The translations under genes and the position numbers were made by a program. From positions 640,001-704,000 of the forward strand of contig CAWAIF010000003.1 in NCBI GenBank assembly GCA_963782055.1: a DNA stretch of 64,000 bases, given 5' to 3'. The stretch is from an uncultured delta proteobacterium. GTDB lineage: Bacteria; Myxococcota_A; Polyangia; Polyangiales; Polyangiaceae. The stretch's first letter is position 1. Each line of letters begins with the position of its first letter. This document shows, in pieces, positions 1 through 9,729 of the stretch. Under the pieces are notes generated by a model. That model searched no databases and was not told where the DNA came from. It worked only from the letters and a program-made list of their open reading frames with translations.

Positions 1-996
1 GACCCGAAGGCAGAAGTTCGCCTCCGGCTCGGGGTGGCCCCCACGTTCTCGCGGGCGGCGGCGGTCGCGTGCGCGGCGCTCTTCGCCGCCGCGCCGCTGC
101 TCTGGCTGGTGCTGGGCGAGGCGTGGCTGGGCGTCGCGTCGGCGCTGGCCGGGGCGGGTGTCCTCGGCTTCGCTCTGGCCCGTCGCGCGCGTGCGCCGTC
201 GGCGTGGGTGAGCGCGCACGGATGGGGCCTCTCACGCACCGACACGCTCGGCTCGGTGCGCCTCGCGGCGTGGACGGAGCCCTTCGGTCTGACGCTGCTC
301 GCCAACCCGGCGCGCACCCGAGCGTTGCTCGCCATCACGACGCAGCACCACACGCGCTTCGTCGGCGTGCGGCTGGACTCCCCGGCGATGCACGCCCTCC
401 TGAACGAGGCCGCGACGGTCGCCGACGGCGGGGCGCTCGCCGCCCACGCGTCGGAGGAGTCGTCGCTCTCCGGTGAGGACGCCGTGATGCTCGTCGGGAT
501 GGTGCGCAGGCACTGTCCGCAGGCCCTCAAGCGGCTCTTTCTGTCCGGCTCCCGCGGGGAGCGCATCGTGCTGGACGGCGCAGACCTGCGCATCGAGTCG
601 GCGCTGGACGCGGCCCACGTCGGCCGCACCTTCGACCTCGCGCGCCCGCTGGAGTGGCGCGGCTTCATGTTCCACGAGTCGATGGGGGCGGTCGCCATCG
701 TCTACCAGGCGACGTGGATCCGCCAGGGGTCGACGGAGCTGGTCCTCGTCGCGCCCATGCCGGCGGAGCTCGCCACCGGACGCGGAGACGCCTCCGCCAC
801 CGATCACGATCGACGAGCCCTGCTGCGCGACCTGCGGCTGATGCAGTCGGCGCCGGGGGAGCCGCCGCCGCGCGAGCTGCGCGCCGCCATCGAGCGCGTC
901 TTCATGCTCCCCCTGCGCCAGGCGCTGGACCGCGCGCCGCGCGCGGCGCGGAGCGCGCCGCCGACGCGCATCTCGTCCCCCGATCACGCGACGTGA
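1..996 (+). CDS. Hypothetical membrane-anchored protein (two N-terminal hydrophobic segments); frame is open to the window edge, so possibly 5'-truncated
   Basis: ORF 34..996 with GC3-rich codons; no in-frame stop in 1-33; hydrophobic N-terminus. Confidence 0.6.
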   Translation, partial: DPKAEVRLRLGVAPTFSRAAAVACAALFAAAPLLWLVLGEAWLGVASALAGAGVLGFALARRARAPSAWVSAHGWGLSRTDTLGSVRLAAWTEPFGLTLLANPARTRALLAITTQHHTRFVGVRLDSPAMHALLNEAATVADGGALAAHASEESSLSGEDAVMLVGMVRRHCPQALKRLFLSGSRGERIVLDGADLRIESALDAAHVGRTFDLARPLEWRGFMFHESMGAVAIVYQATWIRQGSTELVLVAPMPAELATGRGDASATDHDRRALLRDLRLMQSAPGEPPPRELRAAIERVFMLPLRQALDRAPRAARSAPPTRISSPDHAT

Positions 997-1026
997 GGAC
1001 GCGAACGAGGGCGCCCGAGCCGGAGG

Positions 1027-1950
1027 CTAGGGGCACACCGAGGCGTCGAGGGTGCAGGTCTGCGCGGCGCAGGAGGTGCCGCCCAGACAGGAGGAGAGGC
1101 CCGTACAGCCGATGCCGCACTGGGTCCCGCCGCACTTCACTGCGCCCAGGCAAGTCAGCTGCTGCGAGCAGCACACCGAGGTGGACGGCGCGGTGCTCGT
1201 GATGGTGCTGGCGCAGGAGCTGTTGCCCGCGCAGGCGACGTCGCAGGTGGAGCCCGCGCACGTCACCGGCTTCGAACAGGAGCCCTGGCCGGTGCAGGCC
1301 AGCTTGCACTGCGTCGCCGCCGTGCATCCGACGGTGTCCTGACATGCGTAGAAGCCGCACGTGACGGAGCAGTCGTCCCCGGCGCACTTCACCGGGTGGC
1401 TGCAGGCGTAGCTCTGCCCGCAGTCGATGGTGCAGGTGGACGCCTCGCAGTCGACGACGTCCTGGCAGGCCGACTGGCCGCAGGTGATCGCGCAGCTCGC
1501 TCCGCCGCAGGTCACCGGGTGGGTGCAGGAGTAGCTACCGCCGCAGTCGACGTTGCACGCGCTCGCCTGCGAGCAGTCCACGACGTCCTGGCAGGCGCCG
1601 TAGCCGCACTTGATGTCGCACGGGATGCCCAAAGGACACTGGATCTTGCCCTGGCATGCGTAGTTCGCCGAGCAGTCGAAGAAGCACGTGCCGCCGTCCA
1701 CGCACACGCCACCCGCGTCCGGACACTCCGCCGCGCAGAGCGCCGACGCGTCGATGGCCGGCGCGGCGTCCAGCTCGTCGGCCACGTCGGCGGGGCCGGC
1801 GTCGTGCACGTCTCTGGGCGCGTCCAGGGTGGCATCAAGACCGGCGTCCGGCGCTCCGGCATCGCTCGGTGGCAGCAGGCCGGACGCGGAGAGCGTGCAG
1901 CCCACGGCCACACCTGCCAGTCCCGCGCCGACCGCCCGACCCAGCCGCAT
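1027..1950 (-). CDS. Secreted/lipoprotein Cys-rich repeat protein
   Basis: Signal-like N-terminus ending VAVGC; DAG-rich linker; about 20-aa repeats with regular Cys spacing (e.g. CQDVVDC twice). Confidence 0.75.
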   Translation of the reverse strand: MRLGRAVGAGLAGVAVGCTLSASGLLPPSDAGAPDAGLDATLDAPRDVHDAGPADVADELDAAPAIDASALCAAECPDAGGVCVDGGTCFFDCSANYACQGKIQCPLGIPCDIKCGYGACQDVVDCSQASACNVDCGGSYSCTHPVTCGGASCAITCGQSACQDVVDCEASTCTIDCGQSYACSHPVKCAGDDCSVTCGFYACQDTVGCTAATQCKLACTGQGSCSKPVTCAGSTCDVACAGNSSCASTITSTAPSTSVCCSQQLTCLGAVKCGGTQCGIGCTGLSSCLGGTSCAAQTCTLDASVCP

Positions 1951-2013
1951 CAGAACATCGTACCAGCTTCGAGCGCGCGCGGGGCCGCGTCCCCTGCGTC
2001 GCGGTGCGGCGCG

Positions 2014-3870
2014 TCAATCCTCGAACATCTCCATGCCCTCGGCGATCGCCTCCGCCACGTGCGCCTTGGTCACCACGCCGAGGACCTCCGGGCGCCCGTC
2101 GCGGCCCTCCGGCGCCACCACCACCGCGACCCGCGCCTTGCCCGATTGCATCCGCGCGATGAGATCGAAGAGCGTCGTGCCCGGCGCCACCGTGACGAAG
2201 TCGCCGTGCGCCACGTCGCCGATGCGCTCCGCCTCGCCCACCGTGTCCGGGTGCGCCAGCATCCACTCCCTGGCGAGCACGCCGGAGACGCGCCCGCGGT
2301 CCATGCACACCACGTGGCACGCGTCGCCCTCGGTGCCTCGCGACGTCCGTGCGTCGTGTGGCAGCACCAGCGCCTGGTCCATCGCCAGGTCGGAGACGTG
2401 GTGCACCAGGTGGGCGTTCGCCTGCAGCGCGTGCGGCATGTAGTGGCCGCGCCGCGCGAGCTTCATCGTGTAGATGCTCTCCGGTAGCCACAGGCGTCGC
2501 AGGCCGTAGCTCACCGCGACGGTGAGCGTCATCGGCAGCACCACCGAGTAGTCCAGCGTCATCTCGAAGATCATGACGATGGCGGTGAGCGCGGCGCCCG
2601 TCGCGCCTGCGACCAGCCCGGCCATGCCCGCGAGCGCCAGCGCGACGGGGTCGATGTGCAGGCCCGGGAAGAGCGCCTGCAGCACGATGCCGCACCCGCC
2701 GCCCAGCGCGGCGCCCATGAGGAGCGAGGGCGAGAAGATGCCGCCCGACGCGCCGGACCCCAGCGTCAGCGACGTGGCCACGAGTTTCAGCGCGAAGAGC
2801 AGCAAGAGCAGCCACACGTTGGTGAGCGCGCCGCGCAGCACGTCCATGATGGTCGCGTAGCCGACGCCCTCGATGTAGTAGTGCCCGCCGAAGTGCATCA
2901 GCAGCACCATCGTCACGCCCAGGCAGAGCATGCCGAGCATGTGGCGCAGGTACGGGTGGCGGGGGATGCGCTTGTCGAAGAAGTCCTCCGCGCCGTAGAG
3001 CATCTTGATGAAGAGCACCGACGCGCCCGCCATGATCACGCCGAGCGCCAGGTACGCGGGCAGGAGCACCGCCGCCGTCGTGTACGACATGTGCACCGCG
3101 GGGACCTCGAACGCCGGATGGCTGCCGAAGAAGAACTGGCCGACGTAGGTCGCGGTCGCCGTCGCCAGCGCCACGGGCACGAGCGTCCGCACGCTGACCT
3201 CGTGCATCAGCACCTCCACGGCGAAGAGGACGCCGCCGATCGGCGTGTTGAAGGTGGCGGCGATGCCCGCGCCGCCGCCGGCCGCGACGAGCGTCGCCGC
3301 CTCCCAGCGCGAGACCTTCGAGACGCGCCCCACCCACGACGCAAACGCCGCGCCGATCTGGATGATGGGGCCCTCGCGCCCGACCGACCCGCCGCTCCCG
3401 ATCGAGAGCGCCGAGGCCAGCGACTTGATCAGCGCCACGATCGGCCGGATCCGGCTCTTCTGGTAGTAGATGGCGTCCATCACCTCCGGCACGCCGTGCC
3501 CCTTCGCCTCCGGCGCGAAGTTCTTGGTGAGGAAGACCACCAGCACGGCGCCGGCCACGGGCGCCAGCACCACCCACGGCCCCCACGGCGAGGGCGGCGT
3601 GTGCGCGGTCGTCACGTAGTCGAAGGACAGCTTCTGCAGGAAGAAGACGTTGTGGCAGAGGGCGATGAGCATCCGGAAGACGTAGGCGCCCAGCCCCGCG
3701 ACCGCGCCGAGCAGGGTCGCGATCGCCGCCAGCGAGAAGGGGCCGCGGCCCTTGTGTCCCTCCCCGACGAGCCGCCGGGCGCGCGCCGGCGCCAGCGACT
3801 TCGCCAGGCCGAGCGCACGCGCGCCGAGCTCGCCGCCTTCCGCGAGCAGCGACCGGCGCGCCGTGCTCAT
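2014..3870 (-). CDS. ClC family chloride channel/antiporter with C-terminal CBS domains
   Basis: GHGVPE, GREGP, FNTP and GGIFSP ClC motifs; many TM helices; CBS-like tail. Confidence 0.92.
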   Translation of the reverse strand: MSTARRSLLAEGGELGARALGLAKSLAPARARRLVGEGHKGRGPFSLAAIATLLGAVAGLGAYVFRMLIALCHNVFFLQKLSFDYVTTAHTPPSPWGPWVVLAPVAGAVLVVFLTKNFAPEAKGHGVPEVMDAIYYQKSRIRPIVALIKSLASALSIGSGGSVGREGPIIQIGAAFASWVGRVSKVSRWEAATLVAAGGGAGIAATFNTPIGGVLFAVEVLMHEVSVRTLVPVALATATATYVGQFFFGSHPAFEVPAVHMSYTTAAVLLPAYLALGVIMAGASVLFIKMLYGAEDFFDKRIPRHPYLRHMLGMLCLGVTMVLLMHFGGHYYIEGVGYATIMDVLRGALTNVWLLLLLFALKLVATSLTLGSGASGGIFSPSLLMGAALGGGCGIVLQALFPGLHIDPVALALAGMAGLVAGATGAALTAIVMIFEMTLDYSVVLPMTLTVAVSYGLRRLWLPESIYTMKLARRGHYMPHALQANAHLVHHVSDLAMDQALVLPHDARTSRGTEGDACHVVCMDRGRVSGVLAREWMLAHPDTVGEAERIGDVAHGDFVTVAPGTTLFDLIARMQSGKARVAVVVAPEGRDGRPEVLGVVTKAHVAEAIAEGMEMFED

Positions 3871-5093
3871 GCCGAGCGCGGATGCAAGTCGTGAGGCCCG
3901 CGCGGCCGCCCGTGTCCACCCGCGACCGGCCTCCAGGCCATCTCAATCCACCGCGTCACGTCACGGCGAGAGAGCATCCCGACGAGGGCGCCGTCCTCGA
4001 TGACCGGGAGCTGACCGACGTCCAGCTTCGCCAGTCGCTCGAACGCCTCGGCGAGCGGCTCCTCCGGACCGACGACCGTCGTGGCGTCCGCCGGGGTCAT
4101 GATCTCGCCCACCTTCGTCGTCTCCCACCGGTCGAAGGGCAGGCTCCTCACGTCGGTCATGGAGACCACACCGGCGAACTCCCCGTCGCGCATCACCGCC
4201 ACCGAGCGGTTCTCGGCGGGAACGAGGTAGTCGTGAACGAGCTGCGCCACCGGCAGGTCCGGCGTGACCGAAGCCCCCGTGCGGCGCATGAGCTGTCGCA
4301 CCGTCAGCCCGGCGAGCGCGTCGTCGATGGCGAGGCGCACCTGCGCCTGGGACGCGGCCCCGTTGAGGAACCAGCCGATGAAGGCGAGCCAGAGGCCGCT
4401 CACCAGGCCGGTGCCGAAGAAGGGGACGTGCACGCCGAAGGCCATCGCGATGCCGGTGGCGATGAGGAGCCAGGCGAAGCCTTGTCCGATCAGCGACACC
4501 CAGCGCGTGGAGGCGCGCAGGTCCCCGGTGACGCCCCACACGATGGATCGCAGCACGCGCCCGCCGTCGAGCGGGAAGGCGGGGAGCAGGTTGAACACGC
4601 CGATGATGATGTTGATCGGCCCCAGCCACGCAAACAGCGTCCCCACTGGCCCGAGGTGTGTCACGCCGGCGTACACGTCCGCCCCGTTGGCGGTCGTCAT
4701 GGCCATGAACACCCCGGCCAGCGCGAGGAAGCCGATGCCCAGCGCGATGCTGGTGATGGGCCCCACGATGGCGGTGAAGAACTCCGCCTTCGCCGACGGG
4801 GGCTCCTTCTCGATGTTGGATACGCCGCCGAAGAGGAAGAGCGTGATGTTGCGCACCTGGATGCCGTACCCCTTCGCCACGATGGAGTGCGCCATCTCGT
4901 GGATGAGCACCGAGAGGAAGAAGATGATCGAGCCGGCGATCGCCACGCCCAGCACCAGCGCCGGAGACCACCCCGGATGCCAGTGTGAGAAGACCGAGAG
5001 CAGGCTCCACGTCAGCAGGGCGAAGATGATGAGCCAGCTCCAGTCGATGCGGAGCTCGATTCCAAAGACGCGACCCAGGCGAAATGCCCGCAT
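3867..5093 (-). CDS. Site-2 protease (M50 zinc metalloprotease) with CBS pair
   Basis: HEMAH and NLLPAFPLDGG motifs; CBS domains; AAGGAG RBS before ATG at 5093; ATGA overlap with the ClC gene. Confidence 0.92.
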   Translation of the reverse strand: MRAFRLGRVFGIELRIDWSWLIIFALLTWSLLSVFSHWHPGWSPALVLGVAIAGSIIFFLSVLIHEMAHSIVAKGYGIQVRNITLFLFGGVSNIEKEPPSAKAEFFTAIVGPITSIALGIGFLALAGVFMAMTTANGADVYAGVTHLGPVGTLFAWLGPINIIIGVFNLLPAFPLDGGRVLRSIVWGVTGDLRASTRWVSLIGQGFAWLLIATGIAMAFGVHVPFFGTGLVSGLWLAFIGWFLNGAASQAQVRLAIDDALAGLTVRQLMRRTGASVTPDLPVAQLVHDYLVPAENRSVAVMRDGEFAGVVSMTDVRSLPFDRWETTKVGEIMTPADATTVVGPEEPLAEAFERLAKLDVGQLPVIEDGALVGMLSRRDVTRWIEMAWRPVAGGHGRPRGPHDLHPRSA

Positions 5094-5139
5094 GACGTGA
5101 CTCCTTTCGTGTCCCTCTTCCTGGCTTCGACCTCTGGAG

Positions 5140-5155
5140 AGCATCGACCGTGCCG
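5140..5155 (-). promoter_or_regulatory. Putative sigma54 (-24/-12) promoter of the M50-ClC operon
   Basis: Minus strand CGGCACGGTCGATGCT fits GGCAC-N5-(T/A)TGC, about 47 bp upstream of ATG. Confidence 0.55.
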
Positions 5156-5321
5156 AACGGTCCGGCACCCGTGCCCCCCAATCGGAGGCTCCGGCGCCGC
5201 GCAGAAGATGCAACCGCGTGAATCTCGTGCGCTTCGTGCGGGTGGCCGGTCAGGCCCGGCCCCGGCGCGCCGTCCGAACGCCGGGATCTCCGCGCACCAC
5301 CCCTATGCTATGGCACTCGCG

Positions 5322-7334
5322 ATGGCCCGCCCCTTCTACGTCACGACCCCCATCTACTACGTGAACGATGTCCCCCACCTGGGCACCGCGTACACGACCA
5401 TCGTCGCCGACGCCGTCCGCCGGGTGAACCTGCTCTTCGGGCGCGACACGCGGATGCTGACGGGGACCGACGAGCACGGCCTGAAGCTCGAGCGCGAGGC
5501 CGCCGCCCGCGGGCAGACGCCGAAGGCCTTCGTCGACGAGATGAGCGCGCGCTTCCGCGCCGCCTGGCCGAAGCTGCTGGTGGAGCCGGACGACTTCATC
5601 CGCACGACCGAGCCGCGCCACGAGAAGCTGGTGCAGTGGATCTGGGAGCGCGTGGCCAAGAAGGGCGACCTGTACCTCGGCGCGTACGAGGACTGGTACT
5701 GCGTCGGCTGCGAGTCCTTCAAGACGGAGAAGGAGCTGCTCCCGGGCAACCTGTGCCCCATCCACCAGCGCGCGGTGGAGCGCGTGAAGGAGGAGACGTA
5801 CTTCTTCAAGCTGGCCAACTACCAGAAGCCGCTCCTCGACTGGTACGACGCGCACCCCGGCTTCATCGAGCCGGAGTCGCGCAGGAACGAGGTGCTCGCC
5901 TTCGTGAAGGGCGGCCTGCACGACCTCTCCGTCTCGCGCACCAGCTTCTCCTGGGGCGTTCCGGTCCCCGGCGACCCGAAGCACGTGATGTACGTCTGGT
6001 TCGACGCGCTCGCCAACTACTGGACCGCCCTCGGGGGCGAGGGATCGACCAACGCGCGCTACTGGGAGCCCAGCGCGGAGGTGGTGCACCTGGTGGGCAA
6101 GGACATCCTGCGCTTCCACGCCGTCTACTGGCCGGCGTTCCTGATGAGCGCGGAGCTGCCGCTGCCCACCAAGATCTACGCGCACGGTTTCCTCACGGTG
6201 GACGGGCAGAAGATGAGCAAGTCGCTGCGCAACGCGGTGGACCCGGTGCGCATCGCCGAGACGGAGGAGCTCGGCGGCCCCGACGGCCTGCGCTACCAGC
6301 TCCTGCGCGCGGTGGCCTTCGGCCAGGACGGCGACTTCGACCACCGCGCGATGATCGAGCGCTACAACGCCGACCTCGGGAAGAACCTGGGCAACCTTCT
6401 CTCCCGCACGCTCGGCCTCTGCGCCAAGCTGAACGGCGGGCGGGTGCCCACGGGCGTCCGCATCTCCGACGCCGCCTTCGTCGCCGGCCTGCCGGAGATC
6501 GACCGCCGCTTCCTGGAGGACGCATCCACCCTGCTCGCCCGGGCGCGCGAGGACTGGACGGCGCTGCGGCCGCACGCGGCCCTGGAGTCGACGATGGCGC
6601 TCTCGTCGCGCGCCAACCAGTACGTCGATCAGGCGGCGCCGTGGGCGGAGGCCAAGAAGGGCAACGGCGAGCGGGTGCATCAGAGCCTGTATCTGCTGCT
6701 GGCGGCGCTCGATGCCCTCTCGCGGTGCGTGTGGCCCGCGCTCCCGCGCAAGGCGGCGGAGATCCGCGTGCAGCTCGCGCTGCCGGCCATCGCCACACGC
6801 GTCGGGGAGGACCACTTCCCCACCGCGCTCGGCGACCGCGCGCCGGACGAGCCGCTCGGCCGCGCCGCGCCGCTCTTCCAGACGATCGACAAGGACGTGG
6901 AGAAGGCGCTACTCGCGCGCCTGGTGCCCCCGCCGGACGCGCCCCACGCCGCGCCCGTCTCCGGCACCTCCATCCCCGGGCATCCCTCCAGCATCCCCGA
7001 GGCCGAGGCGATCGCCTACGAGCAGTTCTCGGCGGTGGACCTGCGCGTCGGCGTGATCCGCGAGGCGAAGCGCGTCCCGAAGAAGGACAAGCTGCTCGAG
7101 CTGGCGGTCGACCTGGGCGAGGAGACGCCCCGGACGATCATCGCCGGGCTCGCCCTGACCTTCGCGCCGGAGGCGCTCGTCGGGCGGCGCGTCGTGGTCG
7201 TGGCGAACCTCGCCCCGCGCGACTTCGGCAAGGGGCTGGTGTCGCACGGCATGCTGCTGGCCACCGGCCCGAGCGACGAGCTGCTGCTCGCCACGGTGCC
7301 GGACGGCGCCGCGCCCGGCGCGCGGCTCAAGTGA
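5322..7334 (+). CDS. metG: Methionine--tRNA ligase with C-terminal tRNA-binding OB domain
   Basis: FYVTTPIYYVN, HLGT (HIGH-like), GTDEHG, single Zn knuckle CVGC..CPIH, KMSKS, C-terminal DLRVG..VVANLAPR. Confidence 0.97.
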   Translation: MARPFYVTTPIYYVNDVPHLGTAYTTIVADAVRRVNLLFGRDTRMLTGTDEHGLKLEREAAARGQTPKAFVDEMSARFRAAWPKLLVEPDDFIRTTEPRHEKLVQWIWERVAKKGDLYLGAYEDWYCVGCESFKTEKELLPGNLCPIHQRAVERVKEETYFFKLANYQKPLLDWYDAHPGFIEPESRRNEVLAFVKGGLHDLSVSRTSFSWGVPVPGDPKHVMYVWFDALANYWTALGGEGSTNARYWEPSAEVVHLVGKDILRFHAVYWPAFLMSAELPLPTKIYAHGFLTVDGQKMSKSLRNAVDPVRIAETEELGGPDGLRYQLLRAVAFGQDGDFDHRAMIERYNADLGKNLGNLLSRTLGLCAKLNGGRVPTGVRISDAAFVAGLPEIDRRFLEDASTLLARAREDWTALRPHAALESTMALSSRANQYVDQAAPWAEAKKGNGERVHQSLYLLLAALDALSRCVWPALPRKAAEIRVQLALPAIATRVGEDHFPTALGDRAPDEPLGRAAPLFQTIDKDVEKALLARLVPPPDAPHAAPVSGTSIPGHPSSIPEAEAIAYEQFSAVDLRVGVIREAKRVPKKDKLLELAVDLGEETPRTIIAGLALTFAPEALVGRRVVVVANLAPRDFGKGLVSHGMLLATGPSDELLLATVPDGAAPGARLK

Positions 7335-7337
7335 ACG

Positions 7338-7763
7338 CTACGGGCAGTCGACCGAGACGTCGTGCGTGCGCTGCGCCGCGTCGCCGCTCAGGTTGACCTG
7401 CACGCCGGTGCCGCAGAGCGTGTCCTTGTGGGCGGACAGCGTGGCCGAGCCCTTCCAGGAGAGGGTGACCTTCTGGCCCGCGGCGATGTCCACGTTGGCG
7501 GCCGACCCGCTCGGCGAGACGAGCTGGATCTGCGTGCCGTAGCCGTGCGGGTCCTGCCAGACGAGCGTGGCCGTCGGCGGGTTGACGAGCGAGTCCACGG
7601 TGTCGGTGTTCTCGTACTGCGCGGTGATGGTGACGTTGACCGCGAGCGTCGACTCGTTGACCGAAACGCTCACGTCCTCCGAGTTCACCTTGACCGAGCT
7701 GGTGGAGTTGCTCGCGCTGCACGCGACGAGGGAGAGCGAGGCGAGAAGGAGTGCGGTGCGCAT
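7338..7763 (-). CDS. Hypothetical lipoprotein (beta-rich)
   Basis: MRTALLLASLSLVAC lipobox; GC3-rich codons. Confidence 0.7.
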   Translation of the reverse strand: MRTALLLASLSLVACSASNSTSSVKVNSEDVSVSVNESTLAVNVTITAQYENTDTVDSLVNPPTATLVWQDPHGYGTQIQLVSPSGSAANVDIAAGQKVTLSWKGSATLSAHKDTLCGTGVQVNLSGDAAQRTHDVSVDCP

Positions 7764-7830
7764 GCCCGGGCAATAGTGCAAGCGTCCGTCGTGGTCCAGC
7801 GGGAAGGCGACCGGCCGCCCGCCGTCCTGC

Positions 7831-9141
7831 TCACGCCTCGACGCGGCCGAGCACCAGGGTGCGCGCCGGCGGGGCCTCCGGGGCGATCGTGTACGCACCG
7901 CGGACCCGCTCCTCCACCGCGGCGTCGCGCCCCCGGAGGTGCAGGATGGCGAGCTCCTGCCCGCGTGTCACGGCGTCGCCCGGCTTGGCCAGCACGGTGA
8001 TCCCCACCGCCTTGTCGACGTCCTGGTCGGCGCGTGTCCGCCCCGCGCCCATCGCCACCGCGGCGCGACCGATGGCCAGCGCGTCGGCGCGCGCCACGAA
8101 GCCGTCCTTCTCCGCGGTGACCGGCACCCTCACCGGCGCCACCTCCAGCAGGCCGGGGTCGGCCACCACGCGCGGGTCCCCGTGCTGCGCCTCGATCATC
8201 CGCTCGAGCACGCGCGCGGCGGCGCCCGAATTGATTGTATCATACAACAAAGGCACCGCCGTCAGGGTGTCCGGCGCCTTGCCGCCGAGCACCAGCATCT
8301 CCGCCGCCAGCGCCATCGTCACCTCGGTGACGTCGCCGGGGCCGCGGCCGTGGAGGATCTCGATGGCCTCGCGCGTCTCGAGGGCGTTGCCCACGGCCTT
8401 GCCCAGGGGCGCCTCCATGGCGGTGAGCAGCGCGACCACCTTCTTGCCGGCGCGGGTGCCCACGCGCACGAGCGCCTCGGCGAGGGCGCGCGCGTGCTCG
8501 ACGTCCTTCATGAAGGCGCCGGAGCCCACCTTCACGTCGAGCACCAGGCCGTCGATGCCCTCCGCCAGCTTCTTGGAGAGGATGGAGGCGACGATGAGGG
8601 GGACGCACTCGACCGTCGCCGTGACGTCTCGCAGGGCGTAGATGCGCTTGTCGGCCGGGGCGATGTCGCGCGTCTGGCCGATCATGCAGGTGCCCACGTC
8701 GCCGACGATGCGGGTGAAGTCGGCGACCGAGAGATCGGTGCGGAAGCCGGGGATCGCCTCCAGCTTGTCCAGCGTGCCGCCGGTGTGGCCCAGGCCGCGC
8801 CCGCTGACCATCGGCACCGGGACGCCGCACGCGGCGACCAGCGGCGCCAGGGCGATGGACACCTTGTCCCCGACGCCGCCGGTGGAGTGCTTGTCCACCT
8901 TGATGCCCGGCACGCCGGAGAGGTCGATGACCGTCCCGCTGCGGAGCATGGCGTCGGTGAGGGCCACGGTCTCGGCGTCGGTCATGCCGCGGAAGAAGAC
9001 CGCCATGAGGAAGGCGGCCATCTGGTAGTCGGTGACCTTGCCGTCCAAGAAGTCCCGGACGAGGCGGCGGATCTCCTCCTCGGCCAGCGCCTCGCCGTCG
9101 CGCTTCGCCCCGAGGATCTCCACCGTCGAACGCAAAATCAT
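7831..9141 (-). CDS. pdp: Thymidine/pyrimidine-nucleoside phosphorylase
   Basis: KRDG, DYQMAAFLMA, DKHSTGGVGDK, SGRGLGHTGGTLDKLE, SILSKK motifs. Confidence 0.96.
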   Translation of the reverse strand: MILRSTVEILGAKRDGEALAEEEIRRLVRDFLDGKVTDYQMAAFLMAVFFRGMTDAETVALTDAMLRSGTVIDLSGVPGIKVDKHSTGGVGDKVSIALAPLVAACGVPVPMVSGRGLGHTGGTLDKLEAIPGFRTDLSVADFTRIVGDVGTCMIGQTRDIAPADKRIYALRDVTATVECVPLIVASILSKKLAEGIDGLVLDVKVGSGAFMKDVEHARALAEALVRVGTRAGKKVVALLTAMEAPLGKAVGNALETREAIEILHGRGPGDVTEVTMALAAEMLVLGGKAPDTLTAVPLLYDTINSGAAARVLERMIEAQHGDPRVVADPGLLEVAPVRVPVTAEKDGFVARADALAIGRAAVAMGAGRTRADQDVDKAVGITVLAKPGDAVTRGQELAILHLRGRDAAVEERVRGAYTIAPEAPPARTLVLGRVEA

Positions 9142-9177
9142 GATGGTCCGGACTGTAGCCGAACTATGCTCCCGCCG

Positions 9178-9729
9178 ATGACCAAACCCATGGTGCTGGC
9201 GGCGTTGATCCTCGCCCTCGCCGCCTGTGACAAGAAGCCTCCGCCCTCGCCCGAGACGACGACCGCCACCGCCGACACGCCGCCGCCCTCGGCCTCGGCG
9301 CCGCCGAGCGCATCCCTCGCGGACGATGCCGCGCCCGCCGACTCGGCGTCGACGGCGGCGTCCGCGTCCGCGGCGCCGTCCGCATCCGCGGCCACCGGCG
9401 GCGCCACCGCGCTGGCCAACCCGTCGGGCGCCGGCGTGTGCGGCAAGAAGCCGCTGCCCTACTGCCCGCTGCAGGGGTGGATGAAGAAGAACACCGGCCC
9501 CGACATGAACGCGAAGGACTTCGCCGCCGTGGCGAAGGACCTCGACACCATCGCCACCTTCGCGCCCAAGGGGCCCGGCTACCCGCACTGGGTGTCCATC
9601 TCCAAGGACGGCGCGAACGCGGCGAAGGCCGCCGACCTGAAGGCGGTGAAGGCCGCGTGCCGCGGCTGCCACGACCAGTACAAGAAGACCTACCGGGCCG
9701 AGCTTCGGACGCGTCCCATCCCGCCGTGA
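9178..9729 (+). CDS. Lipoprotein with C-terminal class II (cytochrome c'/c556-like) heme c domain
   Basis: LAAC lipobox; Ala/Ser/Pro linker; helical domain ending CRGCH near the C-terminus. Confidence 0.8.
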   Translation: MTKPMVLAALILALAACDKKPPPSPETTTATADTPPPSASAPPSASLADDAAPADSASTAASASAAPSASAATGGATALANPSGAGVCGKKPLPYCPLQGWMKKNTGPDMNAKDFAAVAKDLDTIATFAPKGPGYPHWVSISKDGANAAKAADLKAVKAACRGCHDQYKKTYRAELRTRPIPP

